Assembly: GCA_945870225.1 (NCBI GenBank)
Contig: CAMBRF010000013.1
Coordinates: 13,469 to 77,468 of the forward strand
Reading direction: 5' to 3'
Length of the DNA: 64,000 nucleotides
Source of the DNA: PVC group bacterium
Lineage (GTDB): Bacteria; Verrucomicrobiota; Kiritimatiellia; CAIKKV01; CAITUY01
Part shown: positions 1 through 9,535 of the stretch, one piece after another
Layout: each line of letters begins with the position of its first letter
Numbering within the stretch: position 1 is the first letter of the stretch
The notes under the pieces: model-generated
Told to the model about the DNA's origin: nothing
Database searches by the model: none
What the model saw: the letters and a program-made list of their open reading frames with translations, nothing else
Made by a program: the position numbers and the translations under genes

Positions 1-8
1 CCCCCTCC

Positions 9-1940
9 GTGGCGGGGGAGAAACTGGATATGCAGGCCAGCGCCACCACGGGCTATCGACGACGCCTGGATCTCCGTACCGCCGTCCTGCAGCGGGATTT
101 GACCTGGAAGACGAAATCCGGAGCCGTGCTCACCCTGTGCTTTGAACGGTTCATCAGCGCCGCCCGCCCGTCCCTCTCGGTCCAACGCCTGACCTTGCTG
201 GCGGACCGGAACACGGCCGTTGACATCAGGGCCGGTATCGATGCCGACATCCGTACCAGCGGACTCGACCACCTCACCAGTCAGTCCTTCCGTTCAGAAC
301 GACCGGACACGGTGGCCTGCACCGTCACCACCAATGGCGGCGATACGGTCGATATGGCCGCCCTGCTGACCGGGGTGCCGACCGCCCACGTCACCTGCGG
401 CGCGCGCGAGGGGCGAATCAGCGGCACGATTCACCTCACCGCAGGGAAACCGCTGGTTGTTGAAAAACGGTCCACTGTGGCGACTTCCCGTGATCTTATT
501 CCTCGTCCGCCCCTGACGGTCCTGCGCGACGCGGCCAGCCTCACCTTCGAGGCGCTACAAGCCGAACACGCGGCCCTTTGGCGGGAACGATGGGAGCGGT
601 CGGATGTTGTCATCGAAGGGGATGACCGCACCCAACTTGCCCTGCGCGCCTCGCTCTATCACCTGCTGCGCTGTCATGTACCCGGCGATGATCGGGTCAC
701 CATCGACGCCAAGGGGTATGCCGGGGACGCCTATTTCGGTCGTTTCTTCTGGGACACGGAGATGTATCTGCTGCCGTTCTATCTCTATACCGATCCCGAA
801 CGGGCCCGAACCTTCTGCGACTTCCGCATCCGCACCCTGGACGGGGCCCGTGCCAATGCGCGGCGGTATGGCTATCGCGGTGCGCGTTATGGCTGGGAAT
901 CGGACACCTGGGGAATCGATGGCTGCCCCAACTGGCAGTATGGCGACCATGAGGTGCACGTCACCGCCGATGTGGTGTACGGCATGGTTCATTATGCCCG
1001 GGCGGCGGCACCCGATTATCTCAAAACCCGGGCGGCGGAAACCATTGTCGAAACCGCACGCTACTGGCTGGACCGCATTGACCGGCGGCCCGACGGCTCT
1101 CCGGTGCTGCTCGGTGTGATGGGGCCCAACGAGTACACCCCCATCTCCAGCAACAACGCCTATACCAACACCCTCGTGTCCTTCGCCTTGCGCACCGCCG
1201 CCGAGGTGGGCCCGCAGGGCGGCGCTTCGCCCGACGAATGCCGCCTCTTCCGCGAGGTGGCCGACGGCCTCCCGATTCCGCGACGGGGCGAACTGGTGCT
1301 GCAATGCGACGGCTTCGATCAGCTTGCCGAACCCCGGTTTGACGAGTTATGGAAGGATCGCACCACCGGGTTCGCCAACCAGGTTTCCCAGGAACGGCTT
1401 TATCGCACCAAGTGCCTCAAGCAGGCCGACACCCTCATGCTCATGGCGCTCTTTCCGGCCATGTTCAGCGACGCCGAATGCCGCGCCGCCTGGGACTACT
1501 ATCTGCCGCTCACCACGCACGATTCCTCGCTGTCCGTCGGCATGCATGCCCTCATGGCCCTGCGGCTGGGACTGGACAAGGAGGCCTGGGCGTTCTTCCA
1601 ACAGGGCCTGTATAAGGACGTCGATGTGGCCCATGGCGGGGCGGCCGAGGGTATTCACATCGCAGGCTGCGGCTGCAACTGGATGATCGTGGTTCACGGC
1701 TTTGCAGGACTGAAAACCGCCCTGGACAGCGACACCCTGAACCTCCAGCCCCGTCTACCCAGCGCCTTGCAGCGGATCGCCTTCCCCATGATCTGGAAAG
1801 GCATTCCCATCCAGGTGGACCTCTCCCGCCACCAGTGCGCCGTAACCAACCGGGGCCAGACGGCGCTGTTACTTGATATTAACGGCCGGTCAGCCACCGT
1901 GGCGCCCGGCCAGGTTTACACCCATGTTCTGTCGTCATAA
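9..1940 (+). CDS. Glycoside hydrolase family 65 (maltose/kojibiose/trehalose phosphorylase-like). Probably 5'-truncated by the window edge.
   Basis: 643-aa ORF open to the window start. Has the GH65-type motif MGPNEYTPISSNNAYTN (catalytic-acid region GP[DN]EY...NN.YTN) and HVTADVVYG. GH65 enzymes are usually longer at the N-terminus. Confidence 0.8.
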   Translation: MAGEKLDMQASATTGYRRRLDLRTAVLQRDLTWKTKSGAVLTLCFERFISAARPSLSVQRLTLLADRNTAVDIRAGIDADIRTSGLDHLTSQSFRSERPDTVACTVTTNGGDTVDMAALLTGVPTAHVTCGAREGRISGTIHLTAGKPLVVEKRSTVATSRDLIPRPPLTVLRDAASLTFEALQAEHAALWRERWERSDVVIEGDDRTQLALRASLYHLLRCHVPGDDRVTIDAKGYAGDAYFGRFFWDTEMYLLPFYLYTDPERARTFCDFRIRTLDGARANARRYGYRGARYGWESDTWGIDGCPNWQYGDHEVHVTADVVYGMVHYARAAAPDYLKTRAAETIVETARYWLDRIDRRPDGSPVLLGVMGPNEYTPISSNNAYTNTLVSFALRTAAEVGPQGGASPDECRLFREVADGLPIPRRGELVLQCDGFDQLAEPRFDELWKDRTTGFANQVSQERLYRTKCLKQADTLMLMALFPAMFSDAECRAAWDYYLPLTTHDSSLSVGMHALMALRLGLDKEAWAFFQQGLYKDVDVAHGGAAEGIHIAGCGCNWMIVVHGFAGLKTALDSDTLNLQPRLPSALQRIAFPMIWKGIPIQVDLSRHQCAVTNRGQTALLLDINGRSATVAPGQVYTHVLSS

Positions 1941-1971
1941 GCACAATCATATAAACGGAGCAAACAAAAAC

Positions 1972-3114
1972 ATGAATACCAGCCTGAGTCATCTGCTGAC
2001 CCTAACCTGTATTGTTGGTTTCGCCGGGGCCTGCCTCGCCAGTGAAGCCAAACCCGTTCCGGCCAAGCCGACGGACGGACGGCCCGCCCTTCTCGACGGG
2101 GTCAAAAAAATCCTGTTCCTGGGCGACAGTCTGACCGACGGCAGCAGCTATCCCGACATGGTCGTCAATACCCTGAACAAGGCCTATCCCGGCGCCGGTT
2201 TCGAGATCATCAACTCCGGCATGTGCGGCGACACCACGTCCAACCTGGTCGTGCGGCTTCAAGCCGACGTGCTGGACCGCGACCCGGATCTGGTCCTCCT
2301 CGTGATCGGCACCAATGACTGCATGTATGACCGCCCGATGGCCGACTTCCGCAAGAATCTCGCCATCGTCCTCGACGCCCTCAAGCAACGCGGCATCAAG
2401 GTCATGATCATCCTTCCGTCGCACTTCACGCTTTCGTTTTTTGAGGATCGTTTCCAGCGCCACTTGACCGCCATGAAAGAGATCGCCGCCGAACGACAGC
2501 TCCCGGTCGCGGATGTCCACGGGGCTTTTCTGGTGGCCCAGCAGAAGGGCATGAAAGTGATCGGACCCGACGGCGTTCATCACGGTCCGGATGGCTTCAA
2601 GGTCAAGGCTCAGGCCGTTCTCGATGCACTGGGCGTCAAGGAGCCGATGGACACGGTTACCCGGCCCTGGCCCGGCCTGCAGCTTGAATGGGAAACCTCC
2701 CAGCCGGTCCCGTTTATCGAGGCCACCAACAACCCCACCCTGACCGCCGCCACCGGCTGGCAGCCGTATGACCGGGCCAAAGCCATTGCCACCGTGCCCT
2801 GGCATGACGCCGATTATCCCCGGCGCGGCGCCTGGATGCCCTTTGCCGTGACCCCGCCTCCGAAGAAATCCATGGCGTTTGGCCGGACCCATTACCTTGC
2901 CAAAGAAGCCGGATCGGCTGATCTCTGGGTGGGCGGCTCCGCCCCGCTGTACGTCTGGTTCAACGGAGTCGCCGTCTGGAGCGCCGATCGCCCGAAGGGC
3001 TACCACCCTGCGGCGGTGCGGATTCCGGTCACCCTCGTGCCGGGCACCAACACGATCACGGTCATGGCCAATTTCATGGCCTTTGCAGGCATCAAACCGG
3101 CTGTCAGGCCGTAG
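1972..3114 (+). CDS. Secreted SGNH/GDSL-family hydrolase with an extra C-terminal domain
   Basis: Start moved to the ATG at 1972 (MNTSLSHLLTLTCIVGFAGACLA signal-like N-terminus). SGNH blocks present: ILFLGDSLTDGSS, VIGTNDC, GPDGVHHGPDG. Confidence 0.8.
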   Translation: MNTSLSHLLTLTCIVGFAGACLASEAKPVPAKPTDGRPALLDGVKKILFLGDSLTDGSSYPDMVVNTLNKAYPGAGFEIINSGMCGDTTSNLVVRLQADVLDRDPDLVLLVIGTNDCMYDRPMADFRKNLAIVLDALKQRGIKVMIILPSHFTLSFFEDRFQRHLTAMKEIAAERQLPVADVHGAFLVAQQKGMKVIGPDGVHHGPDGFKVKAQAVLDALGVKEPMDTVTRPWPGLQLEWETSQPVPFIEATNNPTLTAATGWQPYDRAKAIATVPWHDADYPRRGAWMPFAVTPPPKKSMAFGRTHYLAKEAGSADLWVGGSAPLYVWFNGVAVWSADRPKGYHPAAVRIPVTLVPGTNTITVMANFMAFAGIKPAVRP

Positions 3115-3130
3115 CACAGAAAGACACATC

Positions 3131-5230
3131 ATGAATACAAAGGTCACGGCGTTGGACGCCCCGCAAAAGGGGTGGCGGTATCATTCGGGAACAACTCTCT
3201 ACACGGAACGTTTCCGTGATGGCCGGTTGATCGCGGCATCATTGCAGGCCACAGGCATTCCCGTTTATGCGAGGGATGAGGACGCCGGCATTCCGGCGTT
3301 CGATCTGCAGATTGACGGCGAGTCGCTCTATTTCGGATGGGAGCTGGCCGATTCAGCGCTGACCGGAACCGATTCCGCCACGCCCGGTACCCGTCTGGTT
3401 CTGCGCCACACCCTGAAGCCTGTGGAACTCGAGATTGTGACCATCGCTGGCGGTGACGGCTTTCTCCGTCGGCGCATGCGCCTCACCAATACCTCGCCGA
3501 CCCTCACCCTCGGGCTAACCTCCGTTTCACCGCTGACGGGCCAGATCTGGCCCCTGGTGGACAACCTTCGGGAGAACCTGCATGAGTCCGGGGAACTCCC
3601 TTATAAAGTCGGACGGATGATGGACGTCGACTGGGGCACCGAGGGCAATTTCCAATGGCAGGATGTCCCGTTGTCCACGGAAATCGCCTTCAACGCCAAG
3701 ACCGGACGCAGCGGACACTCCACTCCGTTCGTGATCGCCCACAACAACAGTCAGGGCGGTTATTTTGTGACCAGCCTCGCCTGGTCGGCCAACTGGCGGA
3801 TGAGCTTTACCTGCAACTACAGCCGCGGCGGCAGCGCGGGCCTGATGTTCGCCGTGGCCCCCACCGGACCGGCGCCGATGCGCATGCTCGCTCCCGGCGA
3901 GAGCACGGATATTCCCGAGGTCCATTTCGGGCTCAACTACACCGGATTCGATGACACCATCCAGTGCTGGCATCGCTACCTGCGACGGAATGTGCTCCAG
4001 AAGGCCGGCAACGGTCTCCAGCCGATCATCTACAACCATTGGGGCTTCATGGAGCACGAGATGACCGAGCCGGGGCTCATCAAGGAGATCGACATCGCGG
4101 CTGAAATCGGCGCCGAGCTTTTCATGGTGGACGCCGGCTGGTATGCCGACGCCAACACCCCGTGGGGGGAAACCAGCGGCGACTGGCAGACCGGCAACCG
4201 CCTGCCCAACGATCTGTTCCCCGTTTTTGCCCATGCCCGCGCCAAGGGTTTGAAATGCGGGTTGTGGGTGGAAATCGAAAGCGCCGGCAAGGAGTCCAAA
4301 CTCGCCAAGGATCATCCGGACTGGTTCATCACCCGCTACGGCGCGCCGGTCCAGCGCGTCCTTGACCTCGCGAAGCCCGTGGTGCGCGACTATGTCGAAG
4401 CGACCATTTTCCGGCTCATCGAGAAATACCAGCTCGACATGTTCCGCCTCGACTACAACCTCACGCCCTGGGACGGCGGCTTCAACCCGTGCGACGGCCG
4501 GCAGGAAAACACCCTCTGGCGCCACAACGAGGCGATCTACGCGATCTTCGACAAGGTCCGGCAGCGCTATCCTGACCTGCAACTGGAAAACTGCTCCAGC
4601 GGGGGCGGCCGAACGGACCTGGGCATGGTGGGCCGGTTCACAACCACCTGGATCTCCGACTGGATGCGCATGCCGCGCACGGTGCGGATCCTGAACGGCA
4701 TGAGCCTGGCCCTGCCGCCCGAATACCTCGACAGGCTGTATGGGTGCTGCATGGCGGGCAGCTATCGGGGCAGCGCGGAAATCCACCTGCATCTGCTCAT
4801 GCTCTGCCATCCCACCGTATCGGGCTTGACGCCGACCCTGGCGGAGGCCAATCCCGAGCTGTTGAGGTTGGTGAAAAAGTATTTCGCCATCTACAAAAAT
4901 TTCATCCGTCCCTTCCATCGTGACGCGCTGATCTATCACCATACGCCGACGATAGCTGGCGCGGATGCATCAGGCTGGTGTGCACTCGAACACGTGGCCG
5001 CCGACCGCTCGCGCGCCGTGGCGGGCGTCTTCCGCCTGGTCAACGCGCGGGAGGACACCTTCGTCATGCGATTCCGCGGACTGGATCCGGCCCGCACCTA
5101 TCGCGTGACCTCCGAGCCGGGTTCTCTGGTGGCCACCACCTCGGGGTTCACCCTGCAGGAGGAGGGCTTGAAAATCCGGCTCGATACCCCGCTCACCTCG
5201 CGCCTGTTACTCTGCGAGGCGGTGGGTTAA
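3131..5230 (+). CDS. GH36-family alpha-galactosidase-like glycoside hydrolase
   Basis: Start at ATG 3131 (MNTKVTALD). Motifs VDAGWYAD, KGLKCGLWVEIES, FRLDYN and ENCSSGGGRTD match the GH36 pattern. Confidence 0.75.
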   Translation: MNTKVTALDAPQKGWRYHSGTTLYTERFRDGRLIAASLQATGIPVYARDEDAGIPAFDLQIDGESLYFGWELADSALTGTDSATPGTRLVLRHTLKPVELEIVTIAGGDGFLRRRMRLTNTSPTLTLGLTSVSPLTGQIWPLVDNLRENLHESGELPYKVGRMMDVDWGTEGNFQWQDVPLSTEIAFNAKTGRSGHSTPFVIAHNNSQGGYFVTSLAWSANWRMSFTCNYSRGGSAGLMFAVAPTGPAPMRMLAPGESTDIPEVHFGLNYTGFDDTIQCWHRYLRRNVLQKAGNGLQPIIYNHWGFMEHEMTEPGLIKEIDIAAEIGAELFMVDAGWYADANTPWGETSGDWQTGNRLPNDLFPVFAHARAKGLKCGLWVEIESAGKESKLAKDHPDWFITRYGAPVQRVLDLAKPVVRDYVEATIFRLIEKYQLDMFRLDYNLTPWDGGFNPCDGRQENTLWRHNEAIYAIFDKVRQRYPDLQLENCSSGGGRTDLGMVGRFTTTWISDWMRMPRTVRILNGMSLALPPEYLDRLYGCCMAGSYRGSAEIHLHLLMLCHPTVSGLTPTLAEANPELLRLVKKYFAIYKNFIRPFHRDALIYHHTPTIAGADASGWCALEHVAADRSRAVAGVFRLVNAREDTFVMRFRGLDPARTYRVTSEPGSLVATTSGFTLQEEGLKIRLDTPLTSRLLLCEAVG

Positions 5231-5269
5231 GAACAAATTTCGCATCAAACTATCCATGGAGAAGAGATT

Positions 5270-6058
5270 ATGAAGGGTTGCACCGGTAAACTTAAACAGC
5301 GCATCAAGAACAACGATCTGCTGATCTTTGGCTGCATCACGGACTGCCGTTCCGGCATGGCCGTTGAAATGTTCCATGAGTGCGGGTACGACACCCTCCT
5401 TATCGACCGCGAACACACGGCCTTGAACAGCGAAACCATCCTCGAACACATCCGGCTGGCACGCGCACTGGACTTCTCCTGCATGGTACGGGCCGCCGAT
5501 GCCTCCTACCACGAAATCTGCCGGACGCTGGACCAGGCGCCCGACGGCATTTTTGTTCCCCGCATCCGCAGCCGGGCGGAGGTGGAGCAGATTATCAAAA
5601 CCGTTAAATACCCGCCGGCCGGTGTCCGCGGGCTCGGCGGCTACACCTGTCCGGTGGGCAAGTACCTGGGCTGGAACCATGTGACCGAGCAGATCGCCTA
5701 CGGGAATAATGAGGTTGTGATCGGCATCCAGATTGAGACGGCGGAGGCGCTGGCTGACCTGGACGGCATTCTTTCCGTGCCAGGCCTCGACATTGCCGTC
5801 GTGGGCAATGACGACCTGTCGCTCGGCATGGGCATCCCGGGCCAGTGGACGAGTCCCGCCTACGAGCAGGCGGTTGAACGGATCATTGCCGCCTGCCGCC
5901 GGCACAAGGTCATGCCGGGAATCGCCTGCGGCGATCCGGCACGGGTCCGGTTCTGGCGGGATCGCGGCATGCGCGCCTTCTGGCACGCCGCCGACACGGT
6001 CCTGATGTGGCAAGCCGCCCGACAAGGCATGGCCGACCTGAAAAAGGCGCTGGTTTAA
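5270..6058 (+). CDS. HpcH/HpaI-family aldolase
   Basis: 262 aa. LIDREHTALN, IQIETAEALADLDGILSVPGLDIAVVGNDDLS are typical of the HpcH/HpaI aldolase/citrate-lyase family. Confidence 0.75.
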   Translation: MKGCTGKLKQRIKNNDLLIFGCITDCRSGMAVEMFHECGYDTLLIDREHTALNSETILEHIRLARALDFSCMVRAADASYHEICRTLDQAPDGIFVPRIRSRAEVEQIIKTVKYPPAGVRGLGGYTCPVGKYLGWNHVTEQIAYGNNEVVIGIQIETAEALADLDGILSVPGLDIAVVGNDDLSLGMGIPGQWTSPAYEQAVERIIAACRRHKVMPGIACGDPARVRFWRDRGMRAFWHAADTVLMWQAARQGMADLKKALV

Positions 6059-6885
6059 TGAAACAGCGATCCCTTCTGGCTCAGCGCATCCGCGATGTCA
6101 GATTAGCCCCTGACGAAATCGCCGTATTCTTTATCGCCCAGGCCGGTTTTGTATTCAAAACCGCCGCCGGGGTCCGGCTCATTCTCGATCCTTATCTGAG
6201 TGACTGCGTCGAGCGGGAGGTTGGTTTCAAGCGCATGACGCCCAACCTGCTTCCCGCTGAAGATGTGGAAGCCGACATCTTCGCCGTCACCCATAGCCAT
6301 CTGGATCATCTCGATACCGACATCCTGCCGATCCTGGCCCGAAAGCGCGGGATTTCGTTCGTCGGGTCACCCGATTGCGCCCCCCTGTTTGCCAAGGCGC
6401 ACCTGCCGGAGCGCCGCTGCTCCATCCTTCATCGCGGCGAAAGCTGGACTCAGGGCGATATACGCATCCGGGCGGTCTATTGCGATCACGGCGAACTGGC
6501 GCCCGATGCGGTCGGGTTCCTTATTTCGCTGGGCGATATCACCGTGTACAACGTCGGCGACAGTTCATTGGCGCTCGACAACATCAAGGCTTCACTGGGC
6601 GAGACTTCGATCGACATCATGATCGCGCCGATCAACGGGGTTTACGGCAATCTCAACGAAGAGGAATCCTGCCGATTGGCCAGCGCGTTGAAGCCGCGAG
6701 TGATGATCCCTTCCCATTTCGGGATGTTCGTTGAGCAAGGCGGAAGCCCCCTGCAATTTCTGACTCATGCCGCGAAACTCACCGGCATCACCCCGGCCCT
6801 TATGGCACCGGGTGAGTGCATCCGGTATTCCAAGGCGCGCGGCCTCACGGCGAGGAACACCCTGCGACAGAACATCAACGAATAA
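6058..6885 (+). CDS. MBL-fold metallo-hydrolase (UlaG-like)
   Basis: Start at ATG 6058, overlapping the upstream stop (TAATG). HxHxDH motif THSHLDHLD. Confidence 0.75.
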   Translation: MKQRSLLAQRIRDVRLAPDEIAVFFIAQAGFVFKTAAGVRLILDPYLSDCVEREVGFKRMTPNLLPAEDVEADIFAVTHSHLDHLDTDILPILARKRGISFVGSPDCAPLFAKAHLPERRCSILHRGESWTQGDIRIRAVYCDHGELAPDAVGFLISLGDITVYNVGDSSLALDNIKASLGETSIDIMIAPINGVYGNLNEEESCRLASALKPRVMIPSHFGMFVEQGGSPLQFLTHAAKLTGITPALMAPGECIRYSKARGLTARNTLRQNINE

Positions 6886-7061
6886 CCGGGGGTCGAACGA
6901 AACCGAGGCCACGTCCTTTCTCAAGGAGCCGTTTCGCATCGACCGTCTGATGTTCTACGAACGGCGCGCTGGTGGCAATGGTGGGAATTCTGATGGTGGT
7001 GGTGATCCGTCTGGCAGGGAAGGTCGACCTGAAGTAGGTGGACCGGGCCGTCCCGGCACGG

Positions 7062-8045
7062 TCAGACGCCGGTAGCAGCCTGTTGAAAAATACCCGGCTC
7101 AGCCGGAGGCTTCGCCCTACCTTGAGAAATCTCCTGTATTTCGGTAGGGCGAGGCGTCCCTGCCGAGCCGTCTTGGTAGAGCTCCACCAGGGCCGGCGTC
7201 ACATCCGTCACGCTCTTGATCCGCGTCCGCAATAACTCCGACCCCTGCCCCAGCGCGACCAGCGGAACGGGGTTCGCGGAATGCGATGATGACCCGGACT
7301 CCTCGATGTTGCCATGGTCGCTGGTCATCAGAAATAGGTGACCGGGTTGTTCCGCGAACTTGATGGCCACCGCCAGAAACGCGTCAAACAGGGCCAGAAC
7401 GCGATTCACCTCTTCGCGGGTGCCCTTATGGCCCATCCGGTCCGTCTGGAAATATTCAAACAGCGTGAAGTCATGCTCCGCCGCAATGGACAGGAGATCC
7501 CGGGCGGATTCAGCCGGTGTCACCAGCGGCCCCGTGTAGCCGCGTTCGCGCAGACTCTCGCGGGTGAGGTCCTGATAGACGGCCTGGTGCTCCAGCATAG
7601 CCGCCGTATCGCGCACCCGGTCAAAGGCCTTCAACGCCGACACCGTCGTTACCGACTGGATGCGGCGAGTCCGCACCTCGTTCATATCCGCCGTGAAATA
7701 GGCGTTGGCGAAGGTGGAGGTGGAGCCCAGGGCGGTCAGTTGGTCATAGATATTCCGGTCGCGAATGATCTCCCTCAGGGAGGGCCCCGGGAAACCCTCC
7801 ACGTGCCGCCCCATTTCGCGGGCGGCATTGACCCCGGTCAGAAGCGCCGTCTGCCCGGTCGCGCTTTGAGGAATCCCGCCCACGCCCATCCCGGCATCGA
7901 TCGGTACCGCCTGATGATCCAAGAGATGTTGGAGGCAGGGACAGCTCCCGCCGTAAATCGGATTCAACAGGGGATCAGGCGTTCCGAGACCCAGTCCATC
8001 CACCAGGATGAACAGTGTTCGCGGCGGCAGGGTAGGCACCCTCAC
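7062..8045 (-). CDS. Alkaline-phosphatase-superfamily metalloenzyme (cofactor-independent phosphomutase/phosphatase-like)
   Basis: 327 aa. N-terminal LFILVDGLGLG and C-terminal MTSDHGN resemble the metalloenzyme (ApgM/phosphopentomutase) superfamily. 4-nt overlap with the upstream gene. Confidence 0.6.
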   Translation of the reverse strand: MRVPTLPPRTLFILVDGLGLGTPDPLLNPIYGGSCPCLQHLLDHQAVPIDAGMGVGGIPQSATGQTALLTGVNAAREMGRHVEGFPGPSLREIIRDRNIYDQLTALGSTSTFANAYFTADMNEVRTRRIQSVTTVSALKAFDRVRDTAAMLEHQAVYQDLTRESLRERGYTGPLVTPAESARDLLSIAAEHDFTLFEYFQTDRMGHKGTREEVNRVLALFDAFLAVAIKFAEQPGHLFLMTSDHGNIEESGSSSHSANPVPLVALGQGSELLRTRIKSVTDVTPALVELYQDGSAGTPRPTEIQEISQGRAKPPAEPGIFQQAATGV

Positions 8046-8776
8046 ACCCCCATTTGCAGGCGGGCGGCCAATCGCTCCGGCAGCCCGGCGGCGATAATCT
8101 TTTTCTGGGTGGTCGCGATGTCGTAGGGCACGCGACGCAATTCCACCTCGCGGGCCACCGTGTCGTAGACCGCATACGAGGAGCGGTTATCCCCGTCGCG
8201 CGGCTGCCCGACACTGCCCACATTGATGAAGTATTTCTTGCCGAGTTGAACGGGAGACTTGGGGCCGGTCGCCCGCCGCACAAACCCACCGGCTTTTTCG
8301 AACACCACAGGCTGATGGGTGTGCCCATAAAAGCAGACGTTGGTGGACTGGTAGTTGAAATTGGATTCAGCCTCGAGCTCGTCGAAGACATACCCCCACT
8401 TTTCGGGCATATCCAGGGTGCTGTGAACCAGGGTGAACCCGTTCACCACGCGCACCAGCTTCAGCTGCCGCAGGAAGTCGACCTCGTCAAGGGTCAACTG
8501 GTTCCGGGTCCAATCCACGACATTCGCCGCCAAGGGATGGAAGTCGCGGATGCACTCGTCATGGGAACAGTAATGGTCGTGATTGCCCCGCACACAAACG
8601 GCGCTCAAGTCACGGAGTTTACGCAGACATTCGGCGGGATTGGCGTTGTACCCGACGATATCCCCCACGCAGGCGTGATGCGTCACCCCCAGCTTGAGGC
8701 CATCCTCCAGCACGGCGGAGAATGCCTCCCAATTACCGTGAATATCGCCATAGATCGCATACTTCAGGTTCGCCAT
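8042..8776 (-). CDS. Calcineurin-like metallophosphoesterase
   Basis: Motifs GDIHGN, VGDIVGYN, GNHD, GHTH in canonical order. Confidence 0.85.
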   Translation of the reverse strand: MANLKYAIYGDIHGNWEAFSAVLEDGLKLGVTHHACVGDIVGYNANPAECLRKLRDLSAVCVRGNHDHYCSHDECIRDFHPLAANVVDWTRNQLTLDEVDFLRQLKLVRVVNGFTLVHSTLDMPEKWGYVFDELEAESNFNYQSTNVCFYGHTHQPVVFEKAGGFVRRATGPKSPVQLGKKYFINVGSVGQPRDGDNRSSYAVYDTVAREVELRRVPYDIATTQKKIIAAGLPERLAARLQMGV

Positions 8777-8788
8777 ACGACACCCGAA

Positions 8789-9466
8789 CTAAACCTTTAG
8801 AATCGTTCCGGCCAATGCCAAATCTTCGGGCGTGGTGATTTTGATGTTCGACAGGGGTGCCGGCACCAGATGAACATCCTCACCCAATGCCTCAATGGAA
8901 GAGGCCTCGTCGGTAATGGTGAGTTTTTTCTTCTTCACGTTCTCGTAGGCCTGGTTAAGCAACTCGACCTTGAAGGCTTGGGGGGTCTGAACCGCCCATA
9001 ATTTGGTCCGGTCCACCGTCCGCGCCACCACCATGCCGCGGTCGACTTCCTTGATGGTATCGGTAATCTTGACGGCCGCCACTCCGGACCCGTGCCGCTT
9101 GGCCGATTTGATCGTTTCGCAAATCAGGTCGGAGGTCACACACGGGCGGGCCCCGTCATGCACCACAACCGTGCGCACATCGTCGCCCAGTTCAGCCAGA
9201 CCGATCATCACGGAAGCCTGCCGCGATGAGCCACCGGCCACGATTTTCCTCACCTTATCGCAACCGAAGATCTTGGCCAGCCCGCGGGCCGACTCCAGAC
9301 GATCCTTGCGAACAACCAACACGACCCCGTCGATCATCGGGCACTGCTCGAAGGCGAGCAGGGAGTAGGCCAGGACCGGACGGGTCCCCAGCGACAGGAA
9401 CGCCTTATCGACATCCGACCCCATCCGCTCGCTCTTGCCAGCCGCAACAATAATACCGAAAATCAT
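8789..9466 (-). CDS. ispD: 2-C-methyl-D-erythritol 4-phosphate cytidylyltransferase
   Basis: Start trimmed to MIFGIIVAAGKSERMG (IspD P-loop-like AAGxGxRMG). About 225 aa, which is typical. Confidence 0.85.
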   Translation of the reverse strand: MIFGIIVAAGKSERMGSDVDKAFLSLGTRPVLAYSLLAFEQCPMIDGVVLVVRKDRLESARGLAKIFGCDKVRKIVAGGSSRQASVMIGLAELGDDVRTVVVHDGARPCVTSDLICETIKSAKRHGSGVAAVKITDTIKEVDRGMVVARTVDRTKLWAVQTPQAFKVELLNQAYENVKKKKLTITDEASSIEALGEDVHLVPAPLSNIKITTPEDLALAGTILKV

Positions 9467-9535
9467 GACGTGCTCCCTGTTTTCAGTGATGGCATTCAGT
9501 TTACAGCGCCCCCCCCACCATGTCAATTTGCGTGT

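Noticed and set aside
555-1304. Long antisense or alternate-frame ORFs throughout the window. Examples: 555..1304(-), 2002..3147(-), 3527..4942(-), 10730..12010(+), 19011..20420(+), 22448..23563(+), 46199..47323(-), 47244..48560(-), 59664..60584(-).
   Set aside because: They overlap ORFs that carry clear family motifs on the other strand or frame. Their translations are Arg/Gly/Pro/Ala-rich low-complexity strings typical of spurious ORFs in high-GC DNA. None shows a recognisable motif.
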